Of a DNA stretch of 64,000 nt, positions 33,924 to 48,300 are shown piece by piece (within the stretch, counting starts at the first letter, position 1; every line of letters starts with the position of its first letter). A program made the position numbers and the translations under genes. This DNA comes from Phoronis australis (Eukaryota; Animalia; Phoronida): contig NMRA01000064.1 of assembly GCA_002633005.1 (NCBI GenBank), forward strand, positions 938,360 to 1,002,359. Reading direction: 5' to 3'. The notes below the pieces were generated by a model, which worked only from the letters and a program-made list of their open reading frames with translations, was not told the DNA's origin and did no database searches.

Positions 33924-36126
33924 GAACGCCTCGATCCAACCAACTAAAAGTACACGTCATCAGGCAATGCTTCTGTGGAGGTTATTAAACGGATGACCAG
34001 TAGGCCAAAGTGTTTGTTTGAAGCGACTACAAACCTGTCGTTGATTCAGACATTTTGCTTGTATCATTATGAAAGTTCGTTTTTGTTTTAAACCAGGGGT
34101 CTGTTTGATGAATAGTGGCTAAAGTGTTTCAACACTATTAAAATAGTCAAGTCAGAAATTTGGGTATACGATCCACACAACTATTTCTGAAAAAGTATTA
34201 AGGCACTTAGGCCCCCTATGAGCAAAAATGCAAAGTGAATATAGGCACATAACTGCAAGTCACCGATACATGTGTACATGTTGTAAATTATTTCTAGACT
34301 GTAATACACTCATAATTACGTCCCTAAATCTTTTTCAGCAATTGTGAATTGGAAATGTAACGGCAAAAATTCCAGTCTAAGTCTGAGGTCATTTTTCATG
34401 AAATGGCTACGGCTCCTCCAGTTGATAATTTATGCCACTAGGTGTCAGTTGATTCGTCAAGCAAGGTATTGCGCAATAACTAATTTTCAGTTTTTGCGGG
34501 ACCAAAAATCACTTTTCATCCGAGTAAAGAAAACGTTGAGATCAATGATTATACATGTAGTGGTAGGCCTAGCTTTCTAATTCGAAAGTTAGTTCCTTCG
34601 AGGAACGCGTGTTTATAAAGGCTATAGTAAACCGAGTATACAGTACACTAACATCACTCAGTCACACATCATGAACGCGACCGCTAATGCAATGGTGTCT
34701 ACAGACAACCTAAATGCTGAATAATAACTGGACAGGTCTCTATCCTTGTGACAGTTTATTAACATTTCATCAACAGTCTCTTCATATGATTGGTTAGTTA
34801 CAATCAATACTTCTTATAAAATCAAAAACATTTCTGAGCTTGGATGATAAGTACATAGCCATATTGTCTAATCTGACACAATCAAAAACATTTCTAAGTT
34901 TGATTACAAGTACATCACCATAAGACCGCAGGTTTCTGAAGTTACCATCAACAGGATTCAGATAATCCTCCACTTACGTGGTAGAAAAACATTTAATTTA
35001 AGCGACCAGAATAAGCTCTAGGTTGAATCAGATTGTGACAGTTGCCTGATTTTAAAAATACTGACGATATTTATAGTCTGTAAATAATACACACAGCCCA
35101 AATTTGGTGCACCTCAGATCTTTACAATAAAACCTCATTTTTCGGGTTACAAACCTGAAAGGCATTGGAAAAAGTTACAACGAATAGGTGCGCGTCACGG
35201 GCACGTAGCAAAAACACTTTTCAAATCTGGCAATAACAGTGCCTATGCAGTCTTTACTGAGTATGAAACTAAAGTACCACAGAGCGGCGTTAAGCACTCA
35301 CCGTGTGCACCACGTACGCATATGCAGGAGATGAGCATTACTTTAACAGTCACACTAAACGGAGCAATGCTAGGGGTACAAAGCAAGTCAGAAATGATCT
35401 CGTTATATTGGAACACACCTGCCACTTTTCATCATGATTCTTCACAAAGTTTGGAGGATAGGGAGGCAGACGACAAAGAATACGAAAATATAAAGGAAAG
35501 TAGGGGGAGAAACGCAGGTCAAATCCAGCTGACATAGGCCCAGTGCCGCTTGTCTACGCCTATAGTAACTTATTTGCCAAACATCCAACAAGGGAACTTC
35601 GCAGATATCACGGCAAATGCAAATGAAAAGAAAATTGTCTTTTGCCTACTAGGCGACGCTGCAGTAGTCGGGCGTTGTCCCAAAATCCTCGTCTGTTGTA
35701 TACTTTTCTCAGTAGAAACAGGTGCAAAATCCAGATCCACCAAGGCAGGTGAATTGAGCTACAGTACATGCAATTGCCACGAAAGGGCGCCACAGAAGTC
35801 GGTCAATCATGCACATACCAGTAACATATGCCAATTTGGCCAACAGAGAGGCAGACGCCAAAACACAAGACTCAAAATTAATAAAAAATCGCCTGTAGGT
35901 GGCATGACATTACATTAATCAATCTGTGAATAGAAAGCAGTTATGGGTTCTTTAACAGGAACCTACTTGCCCTGTTTCCTGAAATTCTGTTATGGAGTTC
36001 TACTGAAGATACGGAGGAAAACGTAAAAAACTAAGAGTGCCACTAAGGGCGAGTCCCCATCATCCATTGTCATGTTCCCAGAAATACACCAGTCAAAATT
36101 TAACACAGATCCCGCATGAGGTTTAA

Positions 36127-36188
36127 TAGGCAATGACCATCGCCTCTGTTGGCCCGTTCGGGCCAACAGAGGCGATGGTCATTGCCTA
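36127..36188. mobile_element. 62-bp perfect hairpin element with 9-bp TSD (AcademH-type or MULE-type mini-MITE)
   Basis: 30-bp arms taggcaatgaccatcgcctctgttggcccg, TT loop; GAGGTTTAA duplicated at 36118-36126 and 36189-36197. Confidence 0.85.
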
Positions 36189-36369
36189 GAGGTTTAAGAG
36201 ACGCAGTGCAGACGAGACAAAAAATGAAAACAAAACTGTCACTAGGGGATGCCAGTAGTGAGCTGTCCAAAAATGATTGTCATTAGGAACACATATGCCA
36301 ATTTCCACAATAATCCTTTAAAAACGATTTGGCCACAGAGAGGCAGATGCAAGAAACAAAAACACGTGC

Positions 36370-37720
36370 TGTCATGGGCTCGCCCACTATCTTCATTCTA
36401 GCTAATCTGTACTGGAAAGTTTCATAACTAGAGCCAGCACTATGGCAGACCATCCCCCACTACTGTGGTACCGCTAGCTAGACGACACCTTTGTCAAGAA
36501 CCACTACACTAGTGAATTTCTATATCACATCGACTCTGTGGACCCTCCAACAGAGCTTTTTTACATTTATTCTTCAAACATAACATTACAAAAATATTAA
36601 CAACAGTGTTGAGATAGCATGCGCACACCCAGCCTTTAATATGGGGGGGGGGTCGAATTTACGACGATCTGGAACTTTTACCAACAAAAAAGCCGAAGGA
36701 CCAAAAAACGGGGTACCAGGTCCACAGCTGTGAATTGTGCATATGCGTCTTTTTAATGGACTTTTGTCTCATTTTCTCGGGCTTTTTGTTTCACCTTTTT
36801 GCCAACTTCACCAAATGGGGGGTTCATTTGGGGGAGGGGCTCATTCGAGCACCGAGCCCCCCTGGGGTGCGCGCATGGGTAGTTAATTACATATGATAGA
36901 CATACACACGTCAGTCACCCAGTGCAGAACACTTTCAGATTACCTCACATCAAGGTTATCATTGAACACCCATCCAATGACAAACTTCTATTCCATTTCT
37001 TGGCACATACATACATATCAAAGAGGATGGCAGTACGAAAGTCACTATCTACAAGAAACCTACCCGCACTGGTCTGTACTTGAAATTCCACTCAAATCAT
37101 CATTTCCAGCATAAAAGATGAGTCGTGCATACACTTTAAACAGAACTGGACAATTAGTAACAGAAGAAAATGAAAAACATCTGGCAGTGGAACAGACATT
37201 AAGAATCAAACGTGTTACTTGACAATGACTACTCCGACTGGATGTTCGACCTCAGACCCAATATGCCCAAGAAGGCAGACCCTTTTAGAGCAATGTAGAC
37301 GGAAAAATGTGTAACATCTTCAGAGAACACCAGGTTGGCACATACCACAAACCATTCAACACCCAATGGAGTGCCTTAGTCCACCGGAAAGACAAGTCAG
37401 ACAAGAAGAAGAAATGCGGGGTGATATACATGATTTAATGCCGTGATTGTCCTGTCAAATATGTTGGGGAGACCGCCTGGAATCTAGGAACACTAAAAGA
37501 TCACAAAAACATATCATCTGGCAACCCTACAACCGTATGGACACATCGCACAACATTTGCAAACCTACAGTCAAAACACTATCAAGAGAAAACAAAAATT
37601 GGAATCGTAAAATCAGATTAGCAGTCGAAATCATGAGCAATAAGCCGAAATTGAACAGAGACAGTAGATATGAATTACTAGCAAGTTACCAGCGCCTCCT
37701 CGCAGGTAACAGCTACCAGG
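36370..37720 (+). mobile_element. Degenerate Penelope-like element (RT + GIY-YIG endonuclease)
   Basis: MGSP...ILANLY, WYR.LDDTF, IPFL, TIYKKPT.TGLYLKFHSNH, KCGVIYMI.CRDCPVKYVGET, RKIRLAVEI...KPKLNRD. Interrupted at about 36540-36920. Confidence 0.88.
36618..36877. mobile_element. hAT-like MITE nested in the Penelope remnant
   Basis: catgcgcacacccag ... ctggggtgcgcgcatg TIRs with G-tracts. Confidence 0.55.
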
Positions 37721-38496
37721 TGGTGTTGGACAACCACCAACGACCACCCACTCGTGACCACGTGACACAAAGATTTCAGCCAGTACTCCCACAAAGGGCC
37801 AAGGACGGTCTCGAAAGCTAGAGTAACTGTAAGTCCACGAACACAAACTGGTCGCCGATAGGTAACTACTCTATCCCCTATCTGTAGAGTGGCTTGCATC
37901 ATAGAAAGGTAAATGTTAGAAACAGACTTGAAACAGTAAAAACGGCCACTAGGGAACACAGAGACGAGATGACGTCCTTGTCTTTTTAATAGTTACTTAC
38001 ATGCCAATTTCTTGAAATTCCATCAAGGAAGGCTGAAGATACAAAGGCAAATGGAAAAACTAACATTGCCACTAGGGAGAGCACACCAGTCTTCATGCCT
38101 GTCCAAAAATTCGGTCACACTGTCACATCTGAACAAATCTACAAAATTTCCGAAACATCCACCACGAAGTTTTGGAGATACAGCAGAGGACACGATGGAA
38201 GGACGGCATAATGCACCCACACATGTACATGGGTGCATAAAACCTAACATTCCACTAATATCAACATTAATAACAATGGTGATGTGAAGTATATGAATTG
38301 GATGAATGAGATAGTGCTGAGCACAATGCAAAGAATACATACTATGTATGAGAAAATCCTTTTCATAATGCAAAGGTTAAATGCAAATGTCAGCTTTGGC
38401 TGGATTGTATGTATATCACAAATTGGTAAGATTAAATACATGGGACTGAATGATAGGAGAAACAAGACAATGATATAGCACTGACATGTGGTCATG

Positions 38497-38750
38497 ACTG
38501 CACTATGAGCAATACAAACACTTCTAGTGGTGTGACACACTGCACCACAAGCAATACAAACACTTCTAGTGGTGTGACACACTGCACTATGAGCAATACA
38601 AACACTTCTAGTGATGTAACACACTGCACTATGATCAATACAAATACTTCTAGTGGTGTGACACACTGCACCACGAGCAATTCAAACACTTCTAGTGGTG
38701 TGACACACTGCACTATGAGCAATACAAATGTTCCTAGTGGTGTGATACAC
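38497..38750. repeat. 42-bp minisatellite, about 6 copies
   Basis: Unit actgcactatgagcaatacaaacacttctagtggtgtgacac. Confidence 0.95.
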
Positions 38751-39370
38751 CCTGACTCTCTAATAGTAGTTTCTTGTACTATAATCAGTCTAATTTGACT
38801 ACTTGGATATCTGGGGCAGCCGCATTCCAAAATCACTGCCAAGGGACATCAAAAATCAGTCTAAGAAGTGCTCAACAAGGGGTGCTGACTGCCATTAAAT
38901 CTAGGTAAAAATCCGCTGGTGCCAGCTAGGACATCCCTGCAATACATCTCTGTGTGAATTTTCACCAAAATCTGTTGTGGAATTTAGACACTATTTACCA
39001 ACCAATGTCCTTTAAAAACAGTCAATAGGAGGTGCCATGGTAGTAATAACATTCCTAAAATCAACCAGTTTTTTTAATCTGTCAGGCTTTTCTAACAATA
39101 ATAGATGAATGGGATTCTCAACAAAAACTCAGATGACCAAAGGTGGCATTAATCGACTGCATCTGAAAACCAACTGGTGAGGACACATTTCAGTCAGGTA
39201 ACTGCATCAAGTTTTGTCAAAATTCTACGTCACTAGGTCAACACTAGATGGACAACCAGTTTTCTGGTGGTCCTTGAAAAGCAATTGACATCTCTGGTTG
39301 GATTGCACAACACTTATTTGTGAGAAAACTAGAAAATTCAGGGTGAAATAGACGAATGAAATGGTGAACA

Positions 39371-42300
39371 TTAACAATTTTGAAGATCGCTGGTACCATT
39401 GGCCCGACGTTCACTAAACATAACTTCATGCACTTCCCCACAATCCCTGGTTTCCCCTAATAGTGGACTTGTCTCTCTGCTAATTTCTTCAATGTCTTTG
39501 ACTGTAGACTCTGCCACAGGATAGCCACTCTTATTTCGCCGCCTGACGAACCTCTCCACCAAATACAGTACCAGCGTTAGGAAGCCCTTTAATAAAAAGA
39601 CCAACATTTAGAAGCAATATACGATACCTTCACCTAACAGACAACTGTTAGCAACAACTCCAAAAACTATGATAAAAATCCTCCAACTGGGGAAAATCTA
39701 AAAAACTGGAAAAATCTCTAAAATTTGGAAAAAATCTTTAAAATCTGGGACACTGAAATCCAAGCTAAAACAACAAAACTAGCACTAGGAGGCACCACAA
39801 TAGTTAAAGTCAACCGAAAATCATCGTCATCTGTACTCATCATAGTTAAAACCTATATGCCAATTTTCACAATCATCTTTAGAGTGGTTTGGTTGATAGA
39901 GCGGCAGACACCAAAAAACAGACTCGAAAACAGTAAAAATGGCCACTAGGTGGTGCAAAATACCTTGAATCCATCTGAAAATGAGAGGATAGCGTCACCT
40001 CACTAATACATGTAGATGCCTATCTTCCAAATTTTGTGAAAATATGTAAGGTAAGCGCAAAAAAATGAAATTGTCATAAGGGGGCACACCAGTGGCTGGA
40101 TAGGTCCGAAATTCGTCGTCATTCATCGTCAGCTTCGTAGAAAATTTTGAATACGACACATGTAAGCATTGCCTGTGACTTGAGTCGGTAACGAAAATAG
40201 ACTCATATCACTACTGCAAGAAATATTGAGACTGATTTTACGAGACTAAAAGACCCAATTTATTGTTTATTTTTAGCCTACAGGATACGCAGTTTTAACA
40301 TTCTATAGAAAGAGTAAGAAGTAAAATACTGTTAAAAGATTTGGCACATTCCAAACACAAAATGAAATCTATGAGAACATATAAGGAACTTACCGCAGCA
40401 ACTGACAGGAATGCCACGCATGTAACAGTCCACGAAAAGCCAATGGAGGCTTGTAGAATACCACCAAAACTTGGGCCCACAAAATCTCTGAAACAAGTCC
40501 CCAAAATAAGCAATTTAATAGAAATCTAGTGACAACAGGAGCCATTACAAACATGAAGTCCGTTTCTACTGACAACTTGACAAAACTGAAGCGTGAAGCT
40601 TTACAATATCACTAATTGAGGACTACCCGAAGGTCAAGAATATCTACTTGATGCAATTTGTATTACTCCTCCATTAAATTGACTTCCAACCACATTTTAA
40701 ATGAGATGGGACCAAGAATGTCCGCCAGAGTGGGCGTATGCCTAAATATACAAGAACGCGTAACACACAACTTAGAGAATAGGATCTCGTAAAGACCAGT
40801 AGAGAGACTTTTAGTCGATTTAATTACCAATTACTTACAAGTTAAAAAGCAGGTTTTAATTAAAGTAGTTTAAAGCAAATTGTCCTACAAGAAGATGAGA
40901 GAATGTGACCATAATTTTAATCATTCCAACAAAACACCGACCAAAAAAAGTTGTGCCGAATTATTAAAAATTGCGCATGCCTGTTCCATTTCTTCCACAG
41001 TATACATCTGAAACAAGGCTTGTGTTGTCGTCATTATAGTAACTTATCTGCCAAATTTCATGAACACCCATCAAGGAATAGGACAGCTATCAAGACAAGC
41101 GCAAAGAAAAACAAAATTGCCACAAGCTGACTCAAAATCCACAGAAGTTGTACTCTTTCCAATAAAAATACAAACATATTTTGAGAATATGCACAAAGGA
41201 GAAAGTGGGATGGGAGAAAATCCCAATAAAGGCAACACAGAAAATATAAAATTGCCACTAGGGGGCACAGTGGAAGTCGTATTCATCCAGAAGTTGTCGT
41301 CTTCTATTGTCACCTTCATCAGTAGAAATACAATTTAACAAATATCCTGTGGAGGGCTTAGAAGATACAGTCACAAAATCAATGCAAAAAACTGCTACTA
41401 GGATGTGGCAAAATAGTCAGAGCCGTACAAAATGCAGACGCTAAAAAAATCAAAAACAGTAAAAAAGCCACTAGGCGCTGCAAAATATGTCAAAGCCATC
41501 CTAAAATGGGAAGTTGTCATCGTCTTCCTAATAGATACCATTTTACCAAAATTCATGAAAATCTGTTAAATGACATACGTAAAAACTAAAGTAGCCAGAA
41601 GGGGTCACACCCGTAGTAGGATCCATGCAAAAGTTCGCTCTCATCATCCCATCTATGAAAGAAGCATATCTGGATAAATTCATGCACAAACATTCAGTGT
41701 TGTTTGGAAGATACAGCAGCAGACAGACAGGAATGACAGCATAATGTCGCCACATGTAAATATGTGAGTGCATAAAAATTCTGGGTACTTAAACTTAGTT
41801 TTCAGAGGTTGCCTAGAATCTGCAGTGATCGAGTGATAATGGTACACAGAATCGTACTATAGTTAGCATGACTATTTTGTCACAGATTTGGAACAACCTC
41901 GTGGTTAAACTTACCCCATGGAAAATGCTGAACTCCACACTCCAGCTATGAGAGCATAGGTTCCGAGATTGTCAGGCAAGCCAGCATCTCTGAAAGAAAT
42001 TCAAAGTTGTTTTCTGTGCTGTCTTTTTTATTGAAAACAGCCACAAAACAATTGCTTGAAATCACAGTGAGGTCACGCCACGACGACAAAGGAGACCATT
42101 ATAAATAATGTGACCAGCTTTAACTAGGATTCTTCCTCACAAGATCCCACACAATAGAGGATTTCATAAGGTGGAGTCGAGTATTTTTTTGCCACAGACA
42201 ATACAGGCAATTTGTCATGACTGTTGAAAAAAATGAGGGCATAACCTTAGATTATGTTAAATTAGCTTGAGTGCTTATCCACAGGCATGGTTAGCTAAAA

Positions 42301-45300
42301 ATGACACGAAAAGGTTGCCTTTGCCTGAAAAGTACCAATTCAAAATTTTGAAGATGCACTCTTGGCTAACAGATATACAAAAACAAATTCTTATGATTTG
42401 TCAAGTTGGATTCTAATGGAATGTGTCGCTCTAACTTGGCATCTGCAGTTAAAAAAACTTCTATGTAAATTTGTTTTATATGAGGTCTGGTTGAACCAGG
42501 GTGTTGCCTGTGAGACAACCTTTATTAATATTTTCTAAACATATTATAGATTGTTATATAAAAGGCTGGCAGGGCAACGTTGATAATAATTCTAAACTGT
42601 CAAAACTGGAAGGCATAATTCTGTAACTTATTCTTACTGAATATATCTTTCCTGTCCAAATACCAAGTTGAACGAAGATGAATATCACTTTATACTAGTA
42701 TGCCCCACATTCCATGATTTAAGGATTTGGGATTTATGTACGGAAAGTATTGGAGCAGTCCAAGTATCAACAAATATATTAGTTTAATAAAAAACCCTGA
42801 GAAAGGTGTTATTAGTTTCATTTAACATTCACTTTGTAAGAAATCATCATTACATTAAGAAATGTTTGTGCCTCTAGTATTATAGCTTTACTTGCTGTAA
42901 TTGTACTTTGGGCCCATGGCAGTGAATACTTGTAATAAACACCATTCTTAAGATTGTGTTAAGCTTCAGTTAATATGCTAATTTCAAGCACTTACTCAGC
43001 AATGCAGATGATGACATCAAAGGTTGGGACAGAGGCCAGACTGATGGAAGCACCCAGCACGATCAGAGACACAATGTTCAACCACAACTCACTGTAAGAA
43101 AGACAATTCAGGCTGCAAACATTGCTTTAGGTCTTCAGTGCCAGTGGTCAAGCAATGAGTTAAATGAAATACCAATATGGAAGCCTCATTGCTGGGATAT
43201 TTCCATCACACTCAGCCATTTCTTGGATTATAAAGTCCAAGCTAAGCCAACAAATAAGAACATACAACTGTATTGCCAAGATCGCCAAGGATCTGCTTTT
43301 ACTAAAACATATTAACATACAAGAAAATGGCTGCATTCTCCTTTAACACATAATCCCACACCTTCAAAAGAAACAGTTGTTTTTTTTTCGTGATGGATTA
43401 CGTGTCAGACACTTCAACTGAAAGTATGACATAGCAATATAACTCGCCAAAATGACAGTGTTTCATTTATCGAGTGGAAACTTTGGATCCAGGGATTTTT
43501 AAATTATTCATTTTCAACGATCTTGCCATGTATTGAACCTTTTCATCATTTTTTCATGTTTCCACGTGAATGGTAAATAAACAAGAAACCACGCAAAGCC
43601 TTACTTGTAATTGCCCAAGCCCAGTAAAGGGGAGGGTCCTAACAGGCAAAGGCCAACCCCTGACAGAAGGAAACCAATCATAAGGAGAGGCTTGCTGTCG
43701 ATCATGTGATCAGCCACCCAGCCCCACACTGGTGACAGGAGGGCATAAACACCAGACATGAGGAGAAACAGAAGACCAACAAGGTCTGTGGACAGGTTAA
43801 ACTGAAAGACAACAAGAAAATAAACCCCACAGTGTTTACACAGGTTATCAAGACATTAATTATAAACTGATACATCATATATGACTAAAAGGAACAGCGT
43901 AGCTCAGTCGTTTGAGCTTCGGACTCCCATTTGGGAGGCCAGTGTTCATATTCTGGCAGTGACTGGCAGACAATCCGAGCTTTCCACAAACATGTCTTCC
44001 ACTCCTTTGAGCTCGGTCTTACTGGTGAATGTTGCAAGGGAGTGAATGAGAACTTGGATATAAAGCAAAAGTGATTTCTGTGGCAGAGTTCATATGAAGA
44101 AAAAGGGTCGGCCAATTCCCAACCAGCTGGGTCAAAGGCATTCCTTCCTGATTAAGAATGTGATAATTGTTCCAACTGACACGTCCAATACCAGGAAACA
44201 ATAGTTTAAAGATTGATGTTGCTTAATTTAAGCAAATTAGACAGTCCAAAGTGAAATTTCAATTTAAAGAGTTTTGGGCACTTTATTTAAAAAGCACTTT
44301 TAGAAAGTGAAAAATGTTTTCAGGTTTTGTTAGAACCTAATTAGCTGCTTTATACAGATGGATTGTAAACATGATGTTGTCAGTTCTAATATAATTCCAA
44401 GAATGTTCAGTTGTTTGAACTGTAACAAACAACTTTTGATTCTAACCGTCTCAAGATGAGGCTCCAAGAGTGGGTCCAACACAGACCACAGTATGGCAGA
44501 CACTATGACGTCAACACAGACTACATAAAGTGCAGGTGACTTGAATAACAGCAAGGGTTGCACATCTTTACACTCTTCATTATTAAACTCGTCTGAAACA
44601 GAAATGGTGTAGCTTAGTTAACAGTCACTTTTAATAATCAACGTAATTGTCTGGGCTTCCATTACAATTGCTATCTTAAGTTGGTAAATCCAAGAATAAA
44701 ACCATGAACTTTTAGTTTACAAGTGACCACTCTTCCAGAGTGTTCTGAGCATAACACTCAGCCTACAGGAAGGTCTGCAAAACAATATTGGGCTGATGCA
44801 AGGATAAGAATGCTTCCAACAGTCTTACATAAACCCATACGCTTCCGAACATTTGTTCACTTGATCTAAAATGAACTATGCTCCGTATGACAGACATCAA
44901 TTTGATTTGACAAAATCTTACACTTGACATATATTATGATCAATGAGCTTAAATCAGAATAGGTAAGCTTAAATACGCAGAAGCAAAAATTTGATCAGAA
45001 ATGGTAACCATAGTAACATTAATTTATACAGCAGGTAGTAGTAGTCATTGGTCTTCGGGTACTTTGACATGTTTGAAAATTGTTTTCAGTTTTCAGAGTA
45101 ATTCTGCCAAGTGTCAACGTGACTACTAATAGTGATTAATTCCACGGACACACCAGAACCAGTCATGTAATTTGCACTGCAAAATTTATTTCCATACTCT
45201 GTCTCTCTCCCTTCTTCCCACCTTATCTACCCTCTCATGCTTTTGCAGAACTCAAAAAAATCCGCTATTGTTAAGAAGTACCCAGAAATTCAAAAGGTTT

Positions 45301-48300
45301 CACAATGCACACTAAGATCAATGTGAAGTGTGAAGTACTCACCATGTCTCGGTAGTAAAAAGAATGTCACGGGCACTATAGCCATCATGAACCCTCCAGT
45401 TACAAGGAAGGGTAGACAAAATCCACCAGCCTGAAAAAATAAGAGCAATGCAGAGCAATGACATGCGCCTATGTTAAGTGTGCATCGCATATGGCACAGA
45501 TATGAGACACGCATTTTTTTAAACATTCTCACATGCTACTGTGCGAGAGACTACGGAGTGAAGTGCAAGACTACGGAGTGAAGTTCCAGACCATGGGGTG
45601 AAGTGCCAGACCTCCGAAAATTGGCAAACACAATTCTGGTACATGCCAAAACTAATCAGACAAAAAACCCAAAATTCTCCATCGTGGCAACAGAGCTCAA
45701 GTAGAATTCCCAGTCATGACAGCTGAGCCCAAGCACAATTCACCATATGATCAGATTAGATAGAATAACCCATTAAAGCGGGAAACAGTATTTTGTCTGA
45801 TTACTTTTGGTGAGTACAAATTTAAAGTATCTTCTTTGACATTATTCAACTTAAACAGCCTTAAATCAATGCCATCAAAATCATATATTATAATCTTCCA
45901 CATGTCTGACCATGCCCACTCTTGATTAAGTACGATGACTTGCAGCAGACAGGTCAGTTTTCATGGACTGGTTTATTTCCTGCCCTGCTTAGTATCATTG
46001 AAGAAGCATCACTAGACTTAACACCTCCACCATACAGACATCTACCTGGTATAATGCAACACCCAAAGCAGGTCTGTTGGACTCCACTATTCAGACAGGT
46101 ACCTCATACAATACACCACCCAAGGCTGGTCTCTAAATCCCCATAATACAAACAACTACATCGAACAATACACCACCCAGGTCTGTTTGTCCCCACAATA
46201 CGGACACCTACCTCGTACAGTACACCACCCAGGGCAGGACCAACCATCATACCCAGTCCTATTACTGTCTCCAGGATGCCCTGAAAGCACAGATGACAGT
46301 AGTATACAATAATTGTCTCTGAGATTTAATATCAACAATGGCATCAATAAAAATACAACATAGTCAAATTCTGATCAGTGGAATATACTTGTTAATATGC
46401 ACTAAAAGGACATTATATGAGACTCCGACCGACATCCTCGGGAAGGGGGTAGGGGAAGTTTTCACTGATGATATGATGAAGTAGCTGACAGTCTTGATCA
46501 TTTTACTGGACAGGTGAAAAGAGAATATCAGACCTATTTTTGACTAGCACTTTGTTTCCATTACCATGGTGATAACCATGCTTACATGGGATGACAAGAG
46601 CAGCTGGTCCACCATGTTATAAGTGACACTACCGAGGGGTAAAGATGAATGAATCTAATTCCAACTTTGTCAACTACTAAATGACGGAATGCATTGCATA
46701 TTAATTGCTGTAGAATTGTTAAGAAGCACACGACTCACAAATACAGTGGTGACATTGTCATCAAACTCAGTTGCACAGAGGGCAAATGACGCTGTTGTGT
46801 AAGCGGTACAACCAAGAGCCAGGAAGACACGAATTGTAAAACACAGCACGATAAACACTAGGCCACCATCACCATCAGATACCCAGTCAAGAGCGCTGAA
46901 ATCATGGCAGGGGAGATGTAATAACCTATCTACAGGTGAACGATAGAACTGACAACAAATAGGTTGCAGGGTCATTATCAATGCGTATTTCAAAAGCAAT
47001 AAAACATAACATTGCAACGTATTTGGCACGAGTGGTGCCATCTAACAGATAACATGAATAACAGCTGAGTAGTCATCACAAAATAAACAATGTGATTTAA
47101 ACAAAAAGGGATTAGTTCATCAGCTGCCTGACTAAAATTTCAACTCCAATTATTTTTAAATATTCTGAAAAGAACAAAATTTGTCTTCACTTGAAAGGTA
47201 TTGGAATGCTATGTCTCACTATTTTGTTTATGAGCAATTCTAAATTTTAGCAACCCATGAGTAATACATGCTCCAGAAGGTCCAATAAGACAAGGTGTCA
47301 GGTGTGCCAAAGGGCCTAGTCAAACACCATACAAGACCCATTGGATTCCTTTTACTGACCCTAGTCTCTCTAACATCACCTCTCCATGATTATTTAAGAA
47401 TAATTGATAAGATAAGCCATGGATCATTACCAAATTTTCAAAATGTTGAAGGCGATTATACAGTTTGCAAAAACCCTACTGACTTCTGCTACTTGATGTC
47501 ATTTTGATGTTTTGGAGCCAGTCAAATAAAATTAAAATGACAAAATGGCCACATTTGCGTTGCCCTGTAAATTATTTAGCACTTCAAAAATTATAACCTG
47601 GCTATGGATCTTGTCAATTTTAATCCTTCTCAACTCTCCGAGAACAAATCAGCATACAATGGATGCAAACAATGTCAGAGTAAAGGATCAATCCAAACTT
47701 CCAGTAATTTTGCAAAAATTTTAAGTTACAAACTGCCCTGCAGTTACTTGAATAGAAAAAAATCCAAGACTTGCAAAATTTTTGAAAATATTTTGAGACG
47801 GCACTCCTATTTGTGGGTCCAAGTTGCACCATAATAATGGCAGATACGTCACCAAAAACCAACTGCATAGACTTTTGATGAAATCAGCACACAACTGGCA
47901 TTACCATTTTTTAAAATAACCAATAATTCAATGGCATGATGTCATTTTTACCCCATTAGGATTCTATGTTTCATATTATTCAAAAACAGCAGGCAAATGG
48001 TGAAAACAGCACTTGGTCATGAATTTATGTCACGAGTATTACAAGACAAGTGTGTTTTGACACGAAATATTTCAGTTTATGCTGGTTAAATTAACTGACA
48101 AGTCATTGAACTAATAGTTTTGCTTCACTCCATCTTGCCATTGTAATCTGCCACTCAGGGGTCTGTTCCATGAATTCAACACAATTTAAGACTTAAGGCA
48201 GAAATTTGGACTCACGGTGCTTTCCCGGCCACTTTATAACTGCTGAAAAAAATTTTTAGCCAAGTAATTATGAGAATATCACAGTCTATAAAATTAATAA

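Larger units (their letters stand above)
35550..38242 (+). mobile_element. Helentron-associated (HINE-like) non-autonomous element with degenerate internal tandem units, interrupted by Penelope and MITEs
   Basis: Recurrent units with aaaa.tgccactagg(g/t)gg and gccaa.tttc; the 3' end is ggacggcataatgcaccc..gggtgcataaaa (short palindrome + A tract). The 5' boundary is uncertain. Confidence 0.5.

Noticed and set aside
33164-33960. Several minus-strand ORFs (33164, 33417, 33551, 33691)
   Set aside because: Antisense shadows of the 33027-33923 ORF and its repeats.
38497-38750. Regular repeats resembling a CRISPR array, and the ORFs 38244..38666, 38492..38842 and 38505..38798
   Set aside because: The units are contiguous with no unique spacers, there are no cas genes and the context is eukaryotic. 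The ORFs arise because the 42-bp unit is a multiple of 3.
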